Shown: piece by piece, positions 21,468-31,552 of the stretch
Layout: each line of letters opens with the position of its first letter
How positions within the stretch are numbered: the first letter of the stretch is position 1
Source: a virus
Strand: one strand, 5' to 3'
DNA: 64,000 nucleotides
IMG/VR virus record: IMGVR_UViG_3300028840_004184
Span: 32,001 to 96,000 of that record
Made by a program: the position numbers and the translations under genes
The notes under the pieces: generated by a model
What the model was told of the DNA's origin: nothing
Databases searched by the model: none
What the model saw: only the letters and a program-made list of their open reading frames with translations

Positions 21468-23546
21468 ATGAAGACTGCTGTTATAACAGGTATAACTGGT
21501 CAAGATGGTTTTTATTTGGCGTCTTTGCTGTTAAGTAAAGGATATGTGGTTGTTGGTATAAAAAGGCGTACTTCTACCCCTCATGATCAAAGGCTAAGGA
21601 TGTTGAAGCACCAGAATCTTTTTTTGGTTAGTGGTGATGTAACTGATTCGGCTTCAATACAACGTATAGTGACTAAGTACCAACCAGATGAGTTTTATCA
21701 TTTGGCGGCAATGTCTCACGTTGGTTTTTCGTCAGAAGCACCTCAGATTACTCAGGATATTAATTGTGCTGGTACAGTGAATACTCTTGAAGCTATTAAG
21801 GATTTAAAGCCAGATTGTAGGTATTATTTCGCGGCGAGTTCTGAGATGTTTGGTAACCAGCTTGAAGAATCTAGTCTTGTCGCTCGTGCTCCGTCTACTA
21901 TCAGGTTGAATGAATTGTCCAAAATGGAGCCTCGCTCGCCTTATGGTGCATCAAAGATTTTTGGTTTTGGTATGACGAAACACTATAGGGAAGCTTATGG
22001 GTTATTTGCGTGCAACGGCATACTTTTCAACCATGAGTCAGCGTTGCGTGGTGAAAATTTTGTTACTCGTAAAATAACAAAATCTATAGCAGATATTGTT
22101 GCTGGTCGTAGTGACAAAATAACGCTTGGTAACATAGATGCTAAGAGAGACTGGGGTTTCGCGGGTGATTATTGTATCAATTTAGACGTGCCCATTCTTA
22201 CAATAAATGGCTGGAAGTATTATGACGAAATAAGTATTGGTGACATTATTGTCAATTTTGATACTAAAATGAATAGATTGTCTCGTGACAGGGTGTTGAA
22301 CAAAGTTGTTAAGAGTAGTAGCGGCGACAAGATTTTGTTTACTGGGCGGGGGCTACACTTAAATGTTACTTTGGACCATAGGATGTATTATCAGCGTAAG
22401 TCTACTAAATCTAAAGGGGGTTGGTCTGACTGGAAGGTTATGATGGCACAAGAGTTATATGATGTACTTAATGATAAATCATTAAGGACTAAGTATGATT
22501 ATAGATTGCCGCATTTTCAGGATTATTATGTTGGCGATAGTGGTAATTGTTCTATGTTTACTGATGATGAATTATATTTAATTGGTGCATTGTTGGCAGA
22601 AGGCAGTTTAGATAGTCGTTTTTTTAATGGACGTAAAGTAAGTATATCTCAGTCTTTTGTTGCTAATGAAAGTATTTTAGATAAGATTATTGATATTGTT
22701 GATCGACTTGGCTTGATATATAGAAAGAGAGTCAGAAACGATGGTGTATATGAATTAATCTTTGATGCTCAGAGTAGTGACATTATTTTGTCTCGTTATT
22801 TTGATGAAGATAATGTTCATATTATGCCCAGATCTCTGTATGATGTCGATAGTAGACAGGCTGCTATTATTTTTGGTGCGTTGATGGATTGTGATGGATC
22901 TTGGGGCAGCATGTCGTTTTCATCCAAGAGGTCTTTATTGGCTGTTGATTTTCAAACTATTGCACATTTGGCTGGATATAGAACAACGGCAGTAAAACAA
23001 TTAGAGAATGGAATGTTTCGTGTTGGTGTTATTGCTAAACGTAAGAAATATTCCTATATTCAGGATGTTGAAAAATATAATGATAGTCATGGTAAAGTAT
23101 GGTGTGTCACTACTAGTAATCAAACAATTGTGACTCGCGATCATGGCTGTGTAAATATTTCTGGTAACTGTCGTGCTATGCATATGATGCTTAATCATCA
23201 TGAACCTGATGATTTTGTGATAGCCACTGGCGAATGTTATTCGGTAAAAGATTTTTTAGTTAAGGCGTTTGGATGTGCGGGTTTTGATGAATCGCCCCAA
23301 GAGTTGATTGATAAGTATGTTGTTTTCGATGAGAGATTTCTTCGACCATCTGATATTCATATACTGAAAGGTGATTCTACTAAAGCTAGAAAAATATTAG
23401 GCTGGAAGCCAAAAATGACATTTAATCAATTGGTTTTATCAATGGTTCAGTATGATCAAGAACAAGGCGTCGAAGGTAGGAGCGGTCGTCATTTTGTTTT
23501 TGATGCATTGGGATCTAAGAGTTTCGTAGAGGAAGGTATAAAATGA
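21468..23546 (+). CDS. gmd: GDP-mannose 4,6-dehydratase, intein-containing
   Basis: TGITGQDG, ASSSEMFG, PRSPYGASK, GILFNHES, FVTRKIT, RDWG; 332-aa insert leaves about 360-aa mature protein. Confidence 0.95.
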   Translation: MKTAVITGITGQDGFYLASLLLSKGYVVVGIKRRTSTPHDQRLRMLKHQNLFLVSGDVTDSASIQRIVTKYQPDEFYHLAAMSHVGFSSEAPQITQDINCAGTVNTLEAIKDLKPDCRYYFAASSEMFGNQLEESSLVARAPSTIRLNELSKMEPRSPYGASKIFGFGMTKHYREAYGLFACNGILFNHESALRGENFVTRKITKSIADIVAGRSDKITLGNIDAKRDWGFAGDYCINLDVPILTINGWKYYDEISIGDIIVNFDTKMNRLSRDRVLNKVVKSSSGDKILFTGRGLHLNVTLDHRMYYQRKSTKSKGGWSDWKVMMAQELYDVLNDKSLRTKYDYRLPHFQDYYVGDSGNCSMFTDDELYLIGALLAEGSLDSRFFNGRKVSISQSFVANESILDKIIDIVDRLGLIYRKRVRNDGVYELIFDAQSSDIILSRYFDEDNVHIMPRSLYDVDSRQAAIIFGALMDCDGSWGSMSFSSKRSLLAVDFQTIAHLAGYRTTAVKQLENGMFRVGVIAKRKKYSYIQDVEKYNDSHGKVWCVTTSNQTIVTRDHGCVNISGNCRAMHMMLNHHEPDDFVIATGECYSVKDFLVKAFGCAGFDESPQELIDKYVVFDERFLRPSDIHILKGDSTKARKILGWKPKMTFNQLVLSMVQYDQEQGVEGRSGRHFVFDALGSKSFVEEGIK
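22173..23168 (+). mobile_element. intein with LAGLIDADG homing endonuclease in gmd
   Basis: begins C(INLDVPILT), block B TLDH, LAGLIDADG-like LIGALLAEG and FGALMDCDG, ends VWCVT...ISGN followed by Cys+1; removal restores RDWGFAGDY|CRAMHMML. Confidence 0.92.
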
Positions 23547-24268
23547 ATGAGCAATTTTCTGATATTGATATTGAGAAATTTCATGATGCAAAACAGCAGA
23601 AGCGTACTGTTGTGTCATTGGATGATGGTCAGGTTATAGAATTCGCGAGGATGTTACAGCGTCAGGCTCCTCCTGGAGATTTTAATCTGAGGTTTAATAT
23701 GTCGCCAGATGAGATAGAGCGTCAACGACATACCCTAGGGCTTATAAACGAAGATACTATTGATAGTTTTTTGAAGGCTATTGATAGTAGACAACCAGAT
23801 TTGGATCGGGAAAGGGAAATAAAAGAAGAGGATGCCAGGAGACAGAAAAGATTGGATGAACTTAATTCTTCTAGGTTTGTTAATAATGTTAAGAAGACTC
23901 CTTCACGCAAGAAGACGTTTAATAGAAGCGTGAATGAACAACAAAAAGATCTAGACGCCATGAATGATGCTAAGCACGGCGTTAAACCCAGGATGAAGTA
24001 TAATAGTGTTCAACATTATAAAGAGGTCACAGGTAAGAGATTCCGTAGGAAGCCGTCTGAAATACAAGAGGGGTTAAGTATAGAAGAGGCGTTCGAAAGA
24101 AGATTCGAAGAACCGTCTTTTCGGATTCCTGAAGACCAAGAAGAACAATTTAAGCTGGATTCTAGGCTTGGCATTAATATGTTGTGTAGTAAGTATGGTG
24201 CTAAAAGATCTGAGATTGCGGCTGAGCTTCGCAGACTTGGTGTCGATTTGGATATGTTGCCGCGATGA
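23543..24268 (+). CDS. hypothetical protein
   Basis: 241-aa ORF; shares a motif with 45358..45888. Confidence 0.6.
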   Translation: MNEQFSDIDIEKFHDAKQQKRTVVSLDDGQVIEFARMLQRQAPPGDFNLRFNMSPDEIERQRHTLGLINEDTIDSFLKAIDSRQPDLDREREIKEEDARRQKRLDELNSSRFVNNVKKTPSRKKTFNRSVNEQQKDLDAMNDAKHGVKPRMKYNSVQHYKEVTGKRFRRKPSEIQEGLSIEEAFERRFEEPSFRIPEDQEEQFKLDSRLGINMLCSKYGAKRSEIAAELRRLGVDLDMLPR

Positions 24269-24474
24269 AAAAATCTATCAATGTGAATGAAATTATCCGG
24301 TTATACGAGATCGAAAAATTATCTAGTTATGAAATAGGTGGTAGGCTTGGTATACCTCCTTCAACTATTAGATATCATCTTAGAAAAAACAGGAAGCTTC
24401 GTGATAAGGCCGCCGCTCAAAGAGAATACTTAGCACGCCATGATCATCAGCGACTTGGTAAAAGGAGTAATTAA
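24265..24474 (+). CDS. helix-turn-helix DNA-binding protein
   Basis: LSSYEIGGRLGIPPSTIRYHL. Confidence 0.75.
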   Translation: MKKSINVNEIIRLYEIEKLSSYEIGGRLGIPPSTIRYHLRKNRKLRDKAAAQREYLARHDHQRLGKRSN

Positions 24475-25161
24475 ATGAGTGAACCTGTGAGGAAAAAGAA
24501 AAAGCGTGGACGACCAAAAAAAGCTAAACGTAAGGATATGGCTATCAATGGTGAATGGTATCATAAATTAAGAGATAACGAGATAGGAAAAGATGAGAAG
24601 AGCGGAGACGAGTTTCCATTTTTTAGTGGTTTAGCGAGGATAGCTGATGAAGCAGGGAAAGTGTCTGAGCGTGTTATAAAGACAGAGTTTTTTCGTATAC
24701 CTCGTCCGGATGATGGTTATGCTTTGGCCGCCCATGTTGTTGTTGAAGTTGCTTTCGATGATGGTACTGTTTGGTGTGGGTCTGCTGACGCACACCCCGG
24801 TAATTGTGTCGCTTTTATTGGACACCCTACTGCTTTGGCCGAAACAAGAGCCCTAGGTAGGGCTTACCGTAGAGCCCTTGGTATCCATAAGATTTGTTTT
24901 GAGGAAAAAACCGACGGCGAAAATTGTGAACATGAAATGATTAATCAGCCAAGCCCACAGCAACTTCGATTAATAAGACATATGGCTAGTAAACATGATA
25001 TAAAACTTATAGATGTAATATCTAACGTCACCAATCGTGAAGATGTAACTGCTCTTGAAGATTTAACATATAAGGAAGCCCAGGCAGCGTCTCGTTATGT
25101 TGCCAGTGTTGCCGACAAAAAAGCTATGAGGAAAAGGAAAGATGAAAGAAAAAAAGCCTAG
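24475..25161 (+). CDS. Rad52/Sak-like ssDNA annealing protein (putative)
   Basis: ALAETRALGRAYRRALGI helix motif and C-terminal S.QQL..I...LTYKEA domain. Confidence 0.6.
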   Translation: MSEPVRKKKKRGRPKKAKRKDMAINGEWYHKLRDNEIGKDEKSGDEFPFFSGLARIADEAGKVSERVIKTEFFRIPRPDDGYALAAHVVVEVAFDDGTVWCGSADAHPGNCVAFIGHPTALAETRALGRAYRRALGIHKICFEEKTDGENCEHEMINQPSPQQLRLIRHMASKHDIKLIDVISNVTNREDVTALEDLTYKEAQAASRYVASVADKKAMRKRKDERKKA

Positions 25162-25462
25162 TTTGTATAAAGTTAAGGGATTCAGGGGACCAACACTTAT
25201 ACCCATGATATGTCCGAAATGTGAAAAGCGTAGGATGTATAGGCCTGCCGGGCACCTAATATCAACTAATAAAGAGCTTGCTATAGATGGTAAAACAGAG
25301 CGTCTTATTGATGTGTGTGCTATATGTCAGCAAAAATATAAAGACATGGACGAAAAATATATGAAAAAGCAGGTTAGAGAGGCGAAGAGAGCTATCGAAG
25401 ACAGAAAGAGTCTTGATGGTACGGGCGTTTCTATAGAGGATACCCTTAATAATGGCGACTAA
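25142..25462 (+). CDS. hypothetical zinc-binding protein
   Basis: CPKC...CAIC. Confidence 0.55.
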   Translation: MKEKKPSLYKVKGFRGPTLIPMICPKCEKRRMYRPAGHLISTNKELAIDGKTERLIDVCAICQQKYKDMDEKYMKKQVREAKRAIEDRKSLDGTGVSIEDTLNNGD

Positions 25463-26579
25463 TATCAATTATTGGTATGATACAACTAATGTAAGGGTGA
25501 AGATGAGGGCTGGTTTGCCTCGCAATAATACAGATGTAGTTATTATTGGTGGTGGGATAGCTGGTCTCAATACATTACATTGTTTGTTATCTAGAGGGAT
25601 AGATGCTATTTTGTTAGAAAAAAACGATGTAGGATTCAAGGCAAGCGGCAGAGCTAATGGCAGCGTCGGAGTTCCTTCCCGTATTGCTAAATATCCATGT
25701 TCTTTTGACGATCTGTATGGTATGGTTAAAACCAATAATAATATTCTTAGAAGAATGATTCAAACAGAAGGCATGGACTGTCATTTGGATATGTGTGGGG
25801 AATTCCAAATATGTACTGACGATCAGTCTGACAAGATGGTCGAGTCGGATGTTCATAGAGCTATTATGCATATGAATAAGGATTTATTGGATGGCATCGT
25901 TCCTAGTAAGGTGTTCGATGGTGGCTTATTTATGCCCGTGTCTTTTATGGTGAATAGTTATCGTTTGCTTTATTGTTTGGTGACTAAGTGTGAATCTTCG
26001 GGAAGCCGTATTTTTAGTCATATAGATGTTAAGAAGATAACACCACTTAAAAAAAGCGTTAAGATTACCCTGGATGATACAAATGTAATAAAGTGCAACA
26101 AGGTTGTTGTATGTAATGCTGATTTGGCCAAGAAGTTTGTTGATAACGACATATTAAGTGAGGCTACATTATATGGTGGATGCAGCCCTACTTTGCCGCT
26201 AGGTAAATGTTATACTTTTCCACCTTCGCCCATATATATATTAAACGATAATGTTAGATTGAGAATATATGGACAACGTTTATTTGTTGATGTGTTGGAT
26301 GGGCGAGATGTTATAGATGTTATGCCTAAAATATATTCCTATTTTAGTCATATTGCTGGCATAAATTTAGAATATGAGTGGTCAGGCAGAGTGGTTAATA
26401 CTAAGGATGGGCTTCCTTTGATTGGTGGTACACGTCATAGTAATGTTTATTTGAACACAGCGTTTGGGTATCACGGTTTAAGTTTTGCCTTTTTGGGTGG
26501 ACATATTATTAGTGATTGTATTATTAACGAAGTCAATGATCATAAACTTTTGTATCCTGGTCGTTTTGAAAAGGAGTAA
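25452..26579 (+). CDS. FAD-dependent oxidoreductase (DAO/PuuB-like)
   Basis: DVVIIGGGIAG, ASGRANG, TKDGLPLIG, FGYHG. Confidence 0.85.
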   Translation: MATNINYWYDTTNVRVKMRAGLPRNNTDVVIIGGGIAGLNTLHCLLSRGIDAILLEKNDVGFKASGRANGSVGVPSRIAKYPCSFDDLYGMVKTNNNILRRMIQTEGMDCHLDMCGEFQICTDDQSDKMVESDVHRAIMHMNKDLLDGIVPSKVFDGGLFMPVSFMVNSYRLLYCLVTKCESSGSRIFSHIDVKKITPLKKSVKITLDDTNVIKCNKVVVCNADLAKKFVDNDILSEATLYGGCSPTLPLGKCYTFPPSPIYILNDNVRLRIYGQRLFVDVLDGRDVIDVMPKIYSYFSHIAGINLEYEWSGRVVNTKDGLPLIGGTRHSNVYLNTAFGYHGLSFAFLGGHIISDCIINEVNDHKLLYPGRFEKE

Positions 26580-26588
26580 TGTATATAG

Positions 26589-28484
26589 ATGGAACTTAGA
26601 GGACTGTCGCGAGATGTTTTTATGGACAAGTACGCCGCTCCAGGCGAAAAAGAATGGTGCGAACTATCAAAACGCGTATCTCATAATATAGCCTTAGCCG
26701 AAGGTGGTAATTACAATAAGTGGGTTGATCCGTTTTTTGACATTATAAATAATATGGACTTTATACCCGGCGGGAGAATATTGTTTGGTGCTGGTAGAGC
26801 GAATCAATCGCTACTCAATTGTTTTTCGCTACAATTTGAGGATAACGTTGAATCTTTAGGCAGGGGGCTAAGAGATGTTTATTTAATATCTTGTCAGGGG
26901 GGCGGAATTGGAATAAATTTCTCAAAAATCAGACCCAAGGGAGACCCAATACAGAATATTCCTTTTTCTGCTCCAGGGGTTGTATCTGAGATTAGAAAAA
27001 TTAATGTGATAGGCGAAGAAGTAAAGGGTGGAAAAAATAGACGCACAGCCTTATTGGCTGTTTTAAACGCAGACCATCCTGATATCTTAGATTTCCTGCA
27101 TGCTAAGTTAGATCTAAGTCAGTTAAATAATTTTAATATATCTATCGGAATAACGAATGAATTTCTCAAGTCGGTTCAGAAAAATAAAGAATGGCGTTTT
27201 AAATTTAACAACAAAGATTACAATGTATATAGTGTAGATAAAATTCCATTTGGTGACAAGAAGAAAGAAGTCGTCCAGGTAGTAGCTCTTAACGAAGAAG
27301 ATGCTATTGGTCGTGCCCGATATGCATGCAAAGATAATGCCGCAGACGACTTTAAAAATGCACGTATAGCTAAATATATGGCAAAAGATTTATGGAATAG
27401 GATTATAGAAAACTCGTGGCGGTGTGGTGATCCTGGGTTATTTAATCTTGATCTTGTGAATACACACACAACTGTTAGTTATTTTGAACGTCTTGATCAG
27501 TGCAACCCATGCGGAGAGATACCTTTACCACCCTATGGTTCTTGTTGTCTTGGTTCCATCAATTTAAATAATATGTTTAACCCCAGAACCAATGATGTTA
27601 ACTGGTCCAAGTTGAGTCGGACTATTAAAATGGCGGTTAGGTTTCTTGATGATGTTTTATCAATCAATAACTATCCTATTTCATTAACAAAAGAAGTTAG
27701 TTCAAGATCGAGACGAATAGGGCTTGGCGTCATGGGTTTGCATTATTTGCTTATTAAGAAGAAATACAGGTATGGTGATGATAAGTGTCAAGAGTTTCTT
27801 GAAAGATTATTTATGAAGATCCGTAACGAAGCCTATATTGCGTCTACAGAATTGGCTGAAGAAAAAGGCGTTTTCCCCGCGTTCGATGTCGAGGCATATC
27901 TTAAAGAAGAGTTTATTAAACATCTTCCTTCGCGAGTTACAAGACGGATCAAAAAATGCGGTATAAGAAACGCCACTCTGTTGACTATTCCTCCCACTGG
28001 GACTACTTCCATAGTTGTGGGTGTATCGTCAGGTATTGAGCCTATATTTGCCCCTGTTTATAAAAGGAGCTATAGGGACCCAGAAGATGCTTCTGTGTGG
28101 AGATCATCTATTGTTGTAGATAAATTATTTAAAGAACTATATGAAAACGGACAAGACGTTAGTCATATTATAGGGGCACATGACGTAACACCAGAGGAGC
28201 ATTTGCAAGTTCAGGCAACAGTACAGCAATTTTTAGACTCTTCGATAAGTAAAACAATTAATGTCCCAGAAAAGATAAGCACAAAACATTTGTCTGATAT
28301 AGTTTTCGAATTTATTCTTGGGCTTAAGGGTGTGACAATTTATCGTACCAACAGCAGAGGGCAAGAACCATTGATACCGATAAAAATAAAAGACGACAGT
28401 CATATGCAACGTCTTCTTAAGAAGGCTAACGAAAATGGTAGTAATTCTATAGATACATGTAAAAGTGGGTCTTGTGAGCTATGA
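26589..28484 (+). CDS. nrdJ: ribonucleotide reductase class II (adenosylcobalamin-dependent)
   Basis: PGGRIL, GGGIG, NPCGEIPL, PTGT, SGIEP, ISKTIN, KGVTIYR (no class I YY pair), C-terminal CxxxxC; no nrdB adjacent. Confidence 0.88.
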   Translation: MELRGLSRDVFMDKYAAPGEKEWCELSKRVSHNIALAEGGNYNKWVDPFFDIINNMDFIPGGRILFGAGRANQSLLNCFSLQFEDNVESLGRGLRDVYLISCQGGGIGINFSKIRPKGDPIQNIPFSAPGVVSEIRKINVIGEEVKGGKNRRTALLAVLNADHPDILDFLHAKLDLSQLNNFNISIGITNEFLKSVQKNKEWRFKFNNKDYNVYSVDKIPFGDKKKEVVQVVALNEEDAIGRARYACKDNAADDFKNARIAKYMAKDLWNRIIENSWRCGDPGLFNLDLVNTHTTVSYFERLDQCNPCGEIPLPPYGSCCLGSINLNNMFNPRTNDVNWSKLSRTIKMAVRFLDDVLSINNYPISLTKEVSSRSRRIGLGVMGLHYLLIKKKYRYGDDKCQEFLERLFMKIRNEAYIASTELAEEKGVFPAFDVEAYLKEEFIKHLPSRVTRRIKKCGIRNATLLTIPPTGTTSIVVGVSSGIEPIFAPVYKRSYRDPEDASVWRSSIVVDKLFKELYENGQDVSHIIGAHDVTPEEHLQVQATVQQFLDSSISKTINVPEKISTKHLSDIVFEFILGLKGVTIYRTNSRGQEPLIPIKIKDDSHMQRLLKKANENGSNSIDTCKSGSCEL

Positions 28485-28960
28485 TATTGCCAAATAGAAA
28501 ACAAGCTGAAATAGACCAAAAGTGGCTAAGGGTAGCCGAATGTATAGCCAATGAATTCAGTCGATGTAAAAAACGCAAATGCGGAGCTATTATAGTCGGT
28601 ATCTATGGCAACATAGTTGGTACCGGCTATAATTTTCATCCTAAAAAAACCTGCCTTGATCATATTTGCTTAAGAGAAGAGGTTAAGAGTGGAAGTAATA
28701 ATGATATAGGTTATTGCTGTCATGCCGAAGTCAATGCGGCTACACATGCTAATTATAATGATATGCAGAGGGCCACCATGTATGTTACGCATGCCCCATG
28801 TATTCAATGTGCTCGTTATATTTTAAATTCAGGTATTGCACGATTAGTGTACTATATAGATGACCAGGATCGTATTGATGGCATAAGGCTAATCAAGGAT
28901 TTAACGGCTGACTGTGGGCCGATGCGTTTCACTATGAGTAGCTATAAACGCCAAGAATAA
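28481..28960 (+). CDS. dCMP deaminase
   Basis: TGYN, HAEVNA, PCIQC. Confidence 0.9.
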   Translation: MILPNRKQAEIDQKWLRVAECIANEFSRCKKRKCGAIIVGIYGNIVGTGYNFHPKKTCLDHICLREEVKSGSNNDIGYCCHAEVNAATHANYNDMQRATMYVTHAPCIQCARYILNSGIARLVYYIDDQDRIDGIRLIKDLTADCGPMRFTMSSYKRQE

Positions 28961-28986
28961 CGTATCCTAAGTAGGAGTAATATTTT

Positions 28987-29631
28987 ATGAGTAATGTTAC
29001 AATTTGTGATTGGTGTAAGAAACCATTTGATGATAATCAACTCAGGCCGGTTACTTTTCCAAGCAACACTTCTATGCCAGGCAGTGGTGCCGAATCCTCA
29101 TCAGACGAGTCTTTTGATCTTTGCACAAAGTGCAACGAGCAGGTTATTTCTCGATTAAGGAGCAGGGACGTACAGCTTTTTGCCGTCAACGTGAACCCAA
29201 CCATGGGACTAGAAGAATATGTGGATGATGATGGCTATGATTTTGTTGAGGAGTCTGGTGCATCACGCAGAAATAAGAGGAGGCAGCAACCGAAGAAGGC
29301 TGATGTATGGCCTGAGGATCGTGGTGATAAAATTGCTGCTATTGAGCGTGGTGACGTGCCTGTTCGTGATGGAGAAGAAAAGTCTGCTGCACGATCGAGG
29401 TCTAGTGGTGGACGTGTATTTAAGGACTCAAAGTCCGCCGAACATGCAGGAGATAAAAGAAAATGTCCTCACATGAACAAAGGCAGGATTGCTGGTATCC
29501 AAACTGGTCGTCCTTGGCGGCAGTGTTTAGATTGCAATAAAAAGATACCCATAAAGCGACCTGACGAAAAAGGTTTAACTAGGCCGCCTGCGGGTGTTAA
29601 TTTAGTATCGAGTAATGATAGAAGAAGATAG
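28987..29631 (+). CDS. hypothetical zinc-finger protein
   Basis: CDWC...DLCTKC; AGGAG RBS. Confidence 0.6.
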   Translation: MSNVTICDWCKKPFDDNQLRPVTFPSNTSMPGSGAESSSDESFDLCTKCNEQVISRLRSRDVQLFAVNVNPTMGLEEYVDDDGYDFVEESGASRRNKRRQQPKKADVWPEDRGDKIAAIERGDVPVRDGEEKSAARSRSSGGRVFKDSKSAEHAGDKRKCPHMNKGRIAGIQTGRPWRQCLDCNKKIPIKRPDEKGLTRPPAGVNLVSSNDRRR

Positions 29632-29640
29632 GAGGATATT

Positions 29641-30099
29641 ATGAGAGTTATTCTTAGCCTGGCTTTAGTTATGTTAACATTGGGTGGATGTGTTTTGTTT
29701 GGTGGGATGCAGCAGTCATTGACTCAAATGAATGATGCTCAGTTTACGGCATTAGAAAAACAAATCTATCTGATTAGTAATCGTGGCTTTGCTAGATTGT
29801 TTACTGAGCGACCAGACCTTAAAGAGGATATGGCTTCGTTTGCTGAGATTGTTGGACCATATCTTGATGAAGCTGATTCAGATGCAGCTTTTTTTATCAC
29901 TGATGTACTTGATTCCGTTTTGCTTAAAATTTCAGACCCTGATGTGAAATTTATCCTTGAATTGGCGTTATTGGAGATACAGAAGTATGGTGGGTTGAGC
30001 TATATTGATGATGCTGAAGTAGAAGCGATTTTAAATATGCGTAGCATGAAGCTTGTTCAGGCTATTTTGAAAGGATTTGTAGAAGCCTTAAATGGTTAA
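29641..30099 (+). CDS. putative lipoprotein
   Basis: signal peptide with LGGC lipobox; GGAGG RBS. Confidence 0.6.
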   Translation: MRVILSLALVMLTLGGCVLFGGMQQSLTQMNDAQFTALEKQIYLISNRGFARLFTERPDLKEDMASFAEIVGPYLDEADSDAAFFITDVLDSVLLKISDPDVKFILELALLEIQKYGGLSYIDDAEVEAILNMRSMKLVQAILKGFVEALNG

Positions 30100-30562
30100 T
30101 TGCTATTTTGATAATAAAAATTATTATTTCACAGATGGAGATGGTGGCTTTACTTTTTTTGCTGGCTCTGATTCTGTGGCTATGTGGAAGTTGTCATCTG
30201 ATTATCAGAGATCGTATTTGTTGTTAATGAATATGATAGCGGATCTTAAAGTCAATGGCATTAAAAATGTCAAGATACATCACAATACTAGAATTGTAGA
30301 AGAAGTAGGGGGTGTTATTAAACCTATGAATACATGGGGAAATAATGCCCTTTTGATTATTCGTCGTAATTATTTGCCGTATCTTATTGATTATTCTATA
30401 GTTAAAATATCGTCTGAAGAACTTGCTTCTGTGATTAGCGAAGGAAGAAAAAATATACAGCATTCTTGTGATATAGATCCATCGAAATTGTTACAAAGTT
30501 TTAAACAGAAGAGATTTAGGAGGTTTAAGCGTCGTTTTTCTAAGGAGGATGTACAAAATTGA
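30092..30562 (+). CDS. hypothetical protein
   Basis: 156-aa operonic ORF. Confidence 0.55.
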   Translation: MVNCYFDNKNYYFTDGDGGFTFFAGSDSVAMWKLSSDYQRSYLLLMNMIADLKVNGIKNVKIHHNTRIVEEVGGVIKPMNTWGNNALLIIRRNYLPYLIDYSIVKISSEELASVISEGRKNIQHSCDIDPSKLLQSFKQKRFRRFKRRFSKEDVQN

Positions 30563-30677
30563 AAAGGGCAGTTGGGACAAAGGATGATCGTCGAGCAAAT
30601 TATGAGAGAAAAAAAGACGGCAAAAAAAGGGATCGCCGTAAGTCATTGTATAGGGACAAAAAATTGGAGAAATAGTT

Positions 30678-30890
30678 ATGGAGAAGGAAATTAGAAATGT
30701 TTTGAAGAAATTTTTTGATAAGTATGAGGTGCCTAATTCGGCTATAGAGTCTGCTGTTACCGAAATTTTAAGACTTGCTGCCGGTGGTCCTCCTAAGCAG
30801 AAGTATGGTGCTGTAGTGATGACTGAAGAGGCTTCTATGGCTGCTGATCAGAAGCTTGGTGGTGGTCGTCAGAAGCCTCCAATCGTTTAA
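30678..30890 (+). CDS. hypothetical protein
   Basis: GGAG RBS, 70 aa. Confidence 0.55.
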   Translation: MEKEIRNVLKKFFDKYEVPNSAIESAVTEILRLAAGGPPKQKYGAVVMTEEASMAADQKLGGGRQKPPIV

Positions 30891-30945
30891 TCTTGCCTAA
30901 CTAAAAACATATCTACCTCAGTGGACCACAAGTTCGCTGGCCGCC

Positions 30946-30974
30946 AAACCCCCGAGTGGTGACCGGGGGTTTTT
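30946..30974 (+). terminator. intrinsic terminator
   Basis: AAACCCCCG-loop-CGGGGGTTTTT after last gene of block. Confidence 0.75.
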
Positions 30975-31000
30975 AATTCTATTCGTCTTTTTGTCATTAT

Positions 31001-31011
31001 TTAGTGTATAT
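31001..31011 (+). promoter_or_regulatory. TTAGTGTATAT motif, candidate phage late promoter
   Basis: exact 11-mer also at 34964, 46333 (+) and 40229-40239 (-), always intergenic and upstream of a co-oriented gene. Confidence 0.55.
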
Positions 31012-31090
31012 TTCTATATTAGGACTCCCTACAACCTGTTATTGTTTTGGGGTTATTGGGTTATTGTGGCTGAAAGGAGGCTATAGAATA

Positions 31091-31537
31091 ATGCGTGTTA
31101 CTCAATCCATTATTGGTAGTGGAACTACAACTCTTACATCTGACATACGTCCTGGCGTTGTACCAAGTAGAGGAACTCAACCCGCACAAGGTATAAGAGA
31201 CGGCATGAACGTTGTTGTGATCAATCCTGAAGACTTAAACTCTTCACCATTTTTTGCTTCGTCTGGTGTGATGCTTGCTGCGGATACCGTCACCGAAATT
31301 CCTGGTCTTTTACCTTTGCGGAGAACGGTGCAGTTTGCTAGTACTGGTCCCGGATGGGTGTTTATAGGCTTTAATCCTGATGAATTGACCGTTATGAATG
31401 GTTTTCCTGTGCCGATGATTAAGATGGGTAATCAGACGGGACCTGGGACGTATTTAAAATTAAATTTGTTGCCTGGTGTTCAAATATTCGCTGTTTCTAG
31501 CGGCGAAGTATCTGATGTTCGCTGGACGGAATACTAA
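31091..31537 (+). CDS. small beta-rich putative virion protein
   Basis: GGAGG RBS before ATG 31091; paralogous to 31553 (RR...V.(I/V)GF...G(F/Y)P(V/I)). Confidence 0.6.
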   Translation: MRVTQSIIGSGTTTLTSDIRPGVVPSRGTQPAQGIRDGMNVVVINPEDLNSSPFFASSGVMLAADTVTEIPGLLPLRRTVQFASTGPGWVFIGFNPDELTVMNGFPVPMIKMGNQTGPGTYLKLNLLPGVQIFAVSSGEVSDVRWTEY

Positions 31538-31552
31538 ACCCGGAGGTGAATT

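Noticed and set aside
26589-28484. Intein in RNR (insert near 27220-27370)
   Set aside because: Only about 50 aa, with no Cys/Ser start or terminal Asn splice motifs
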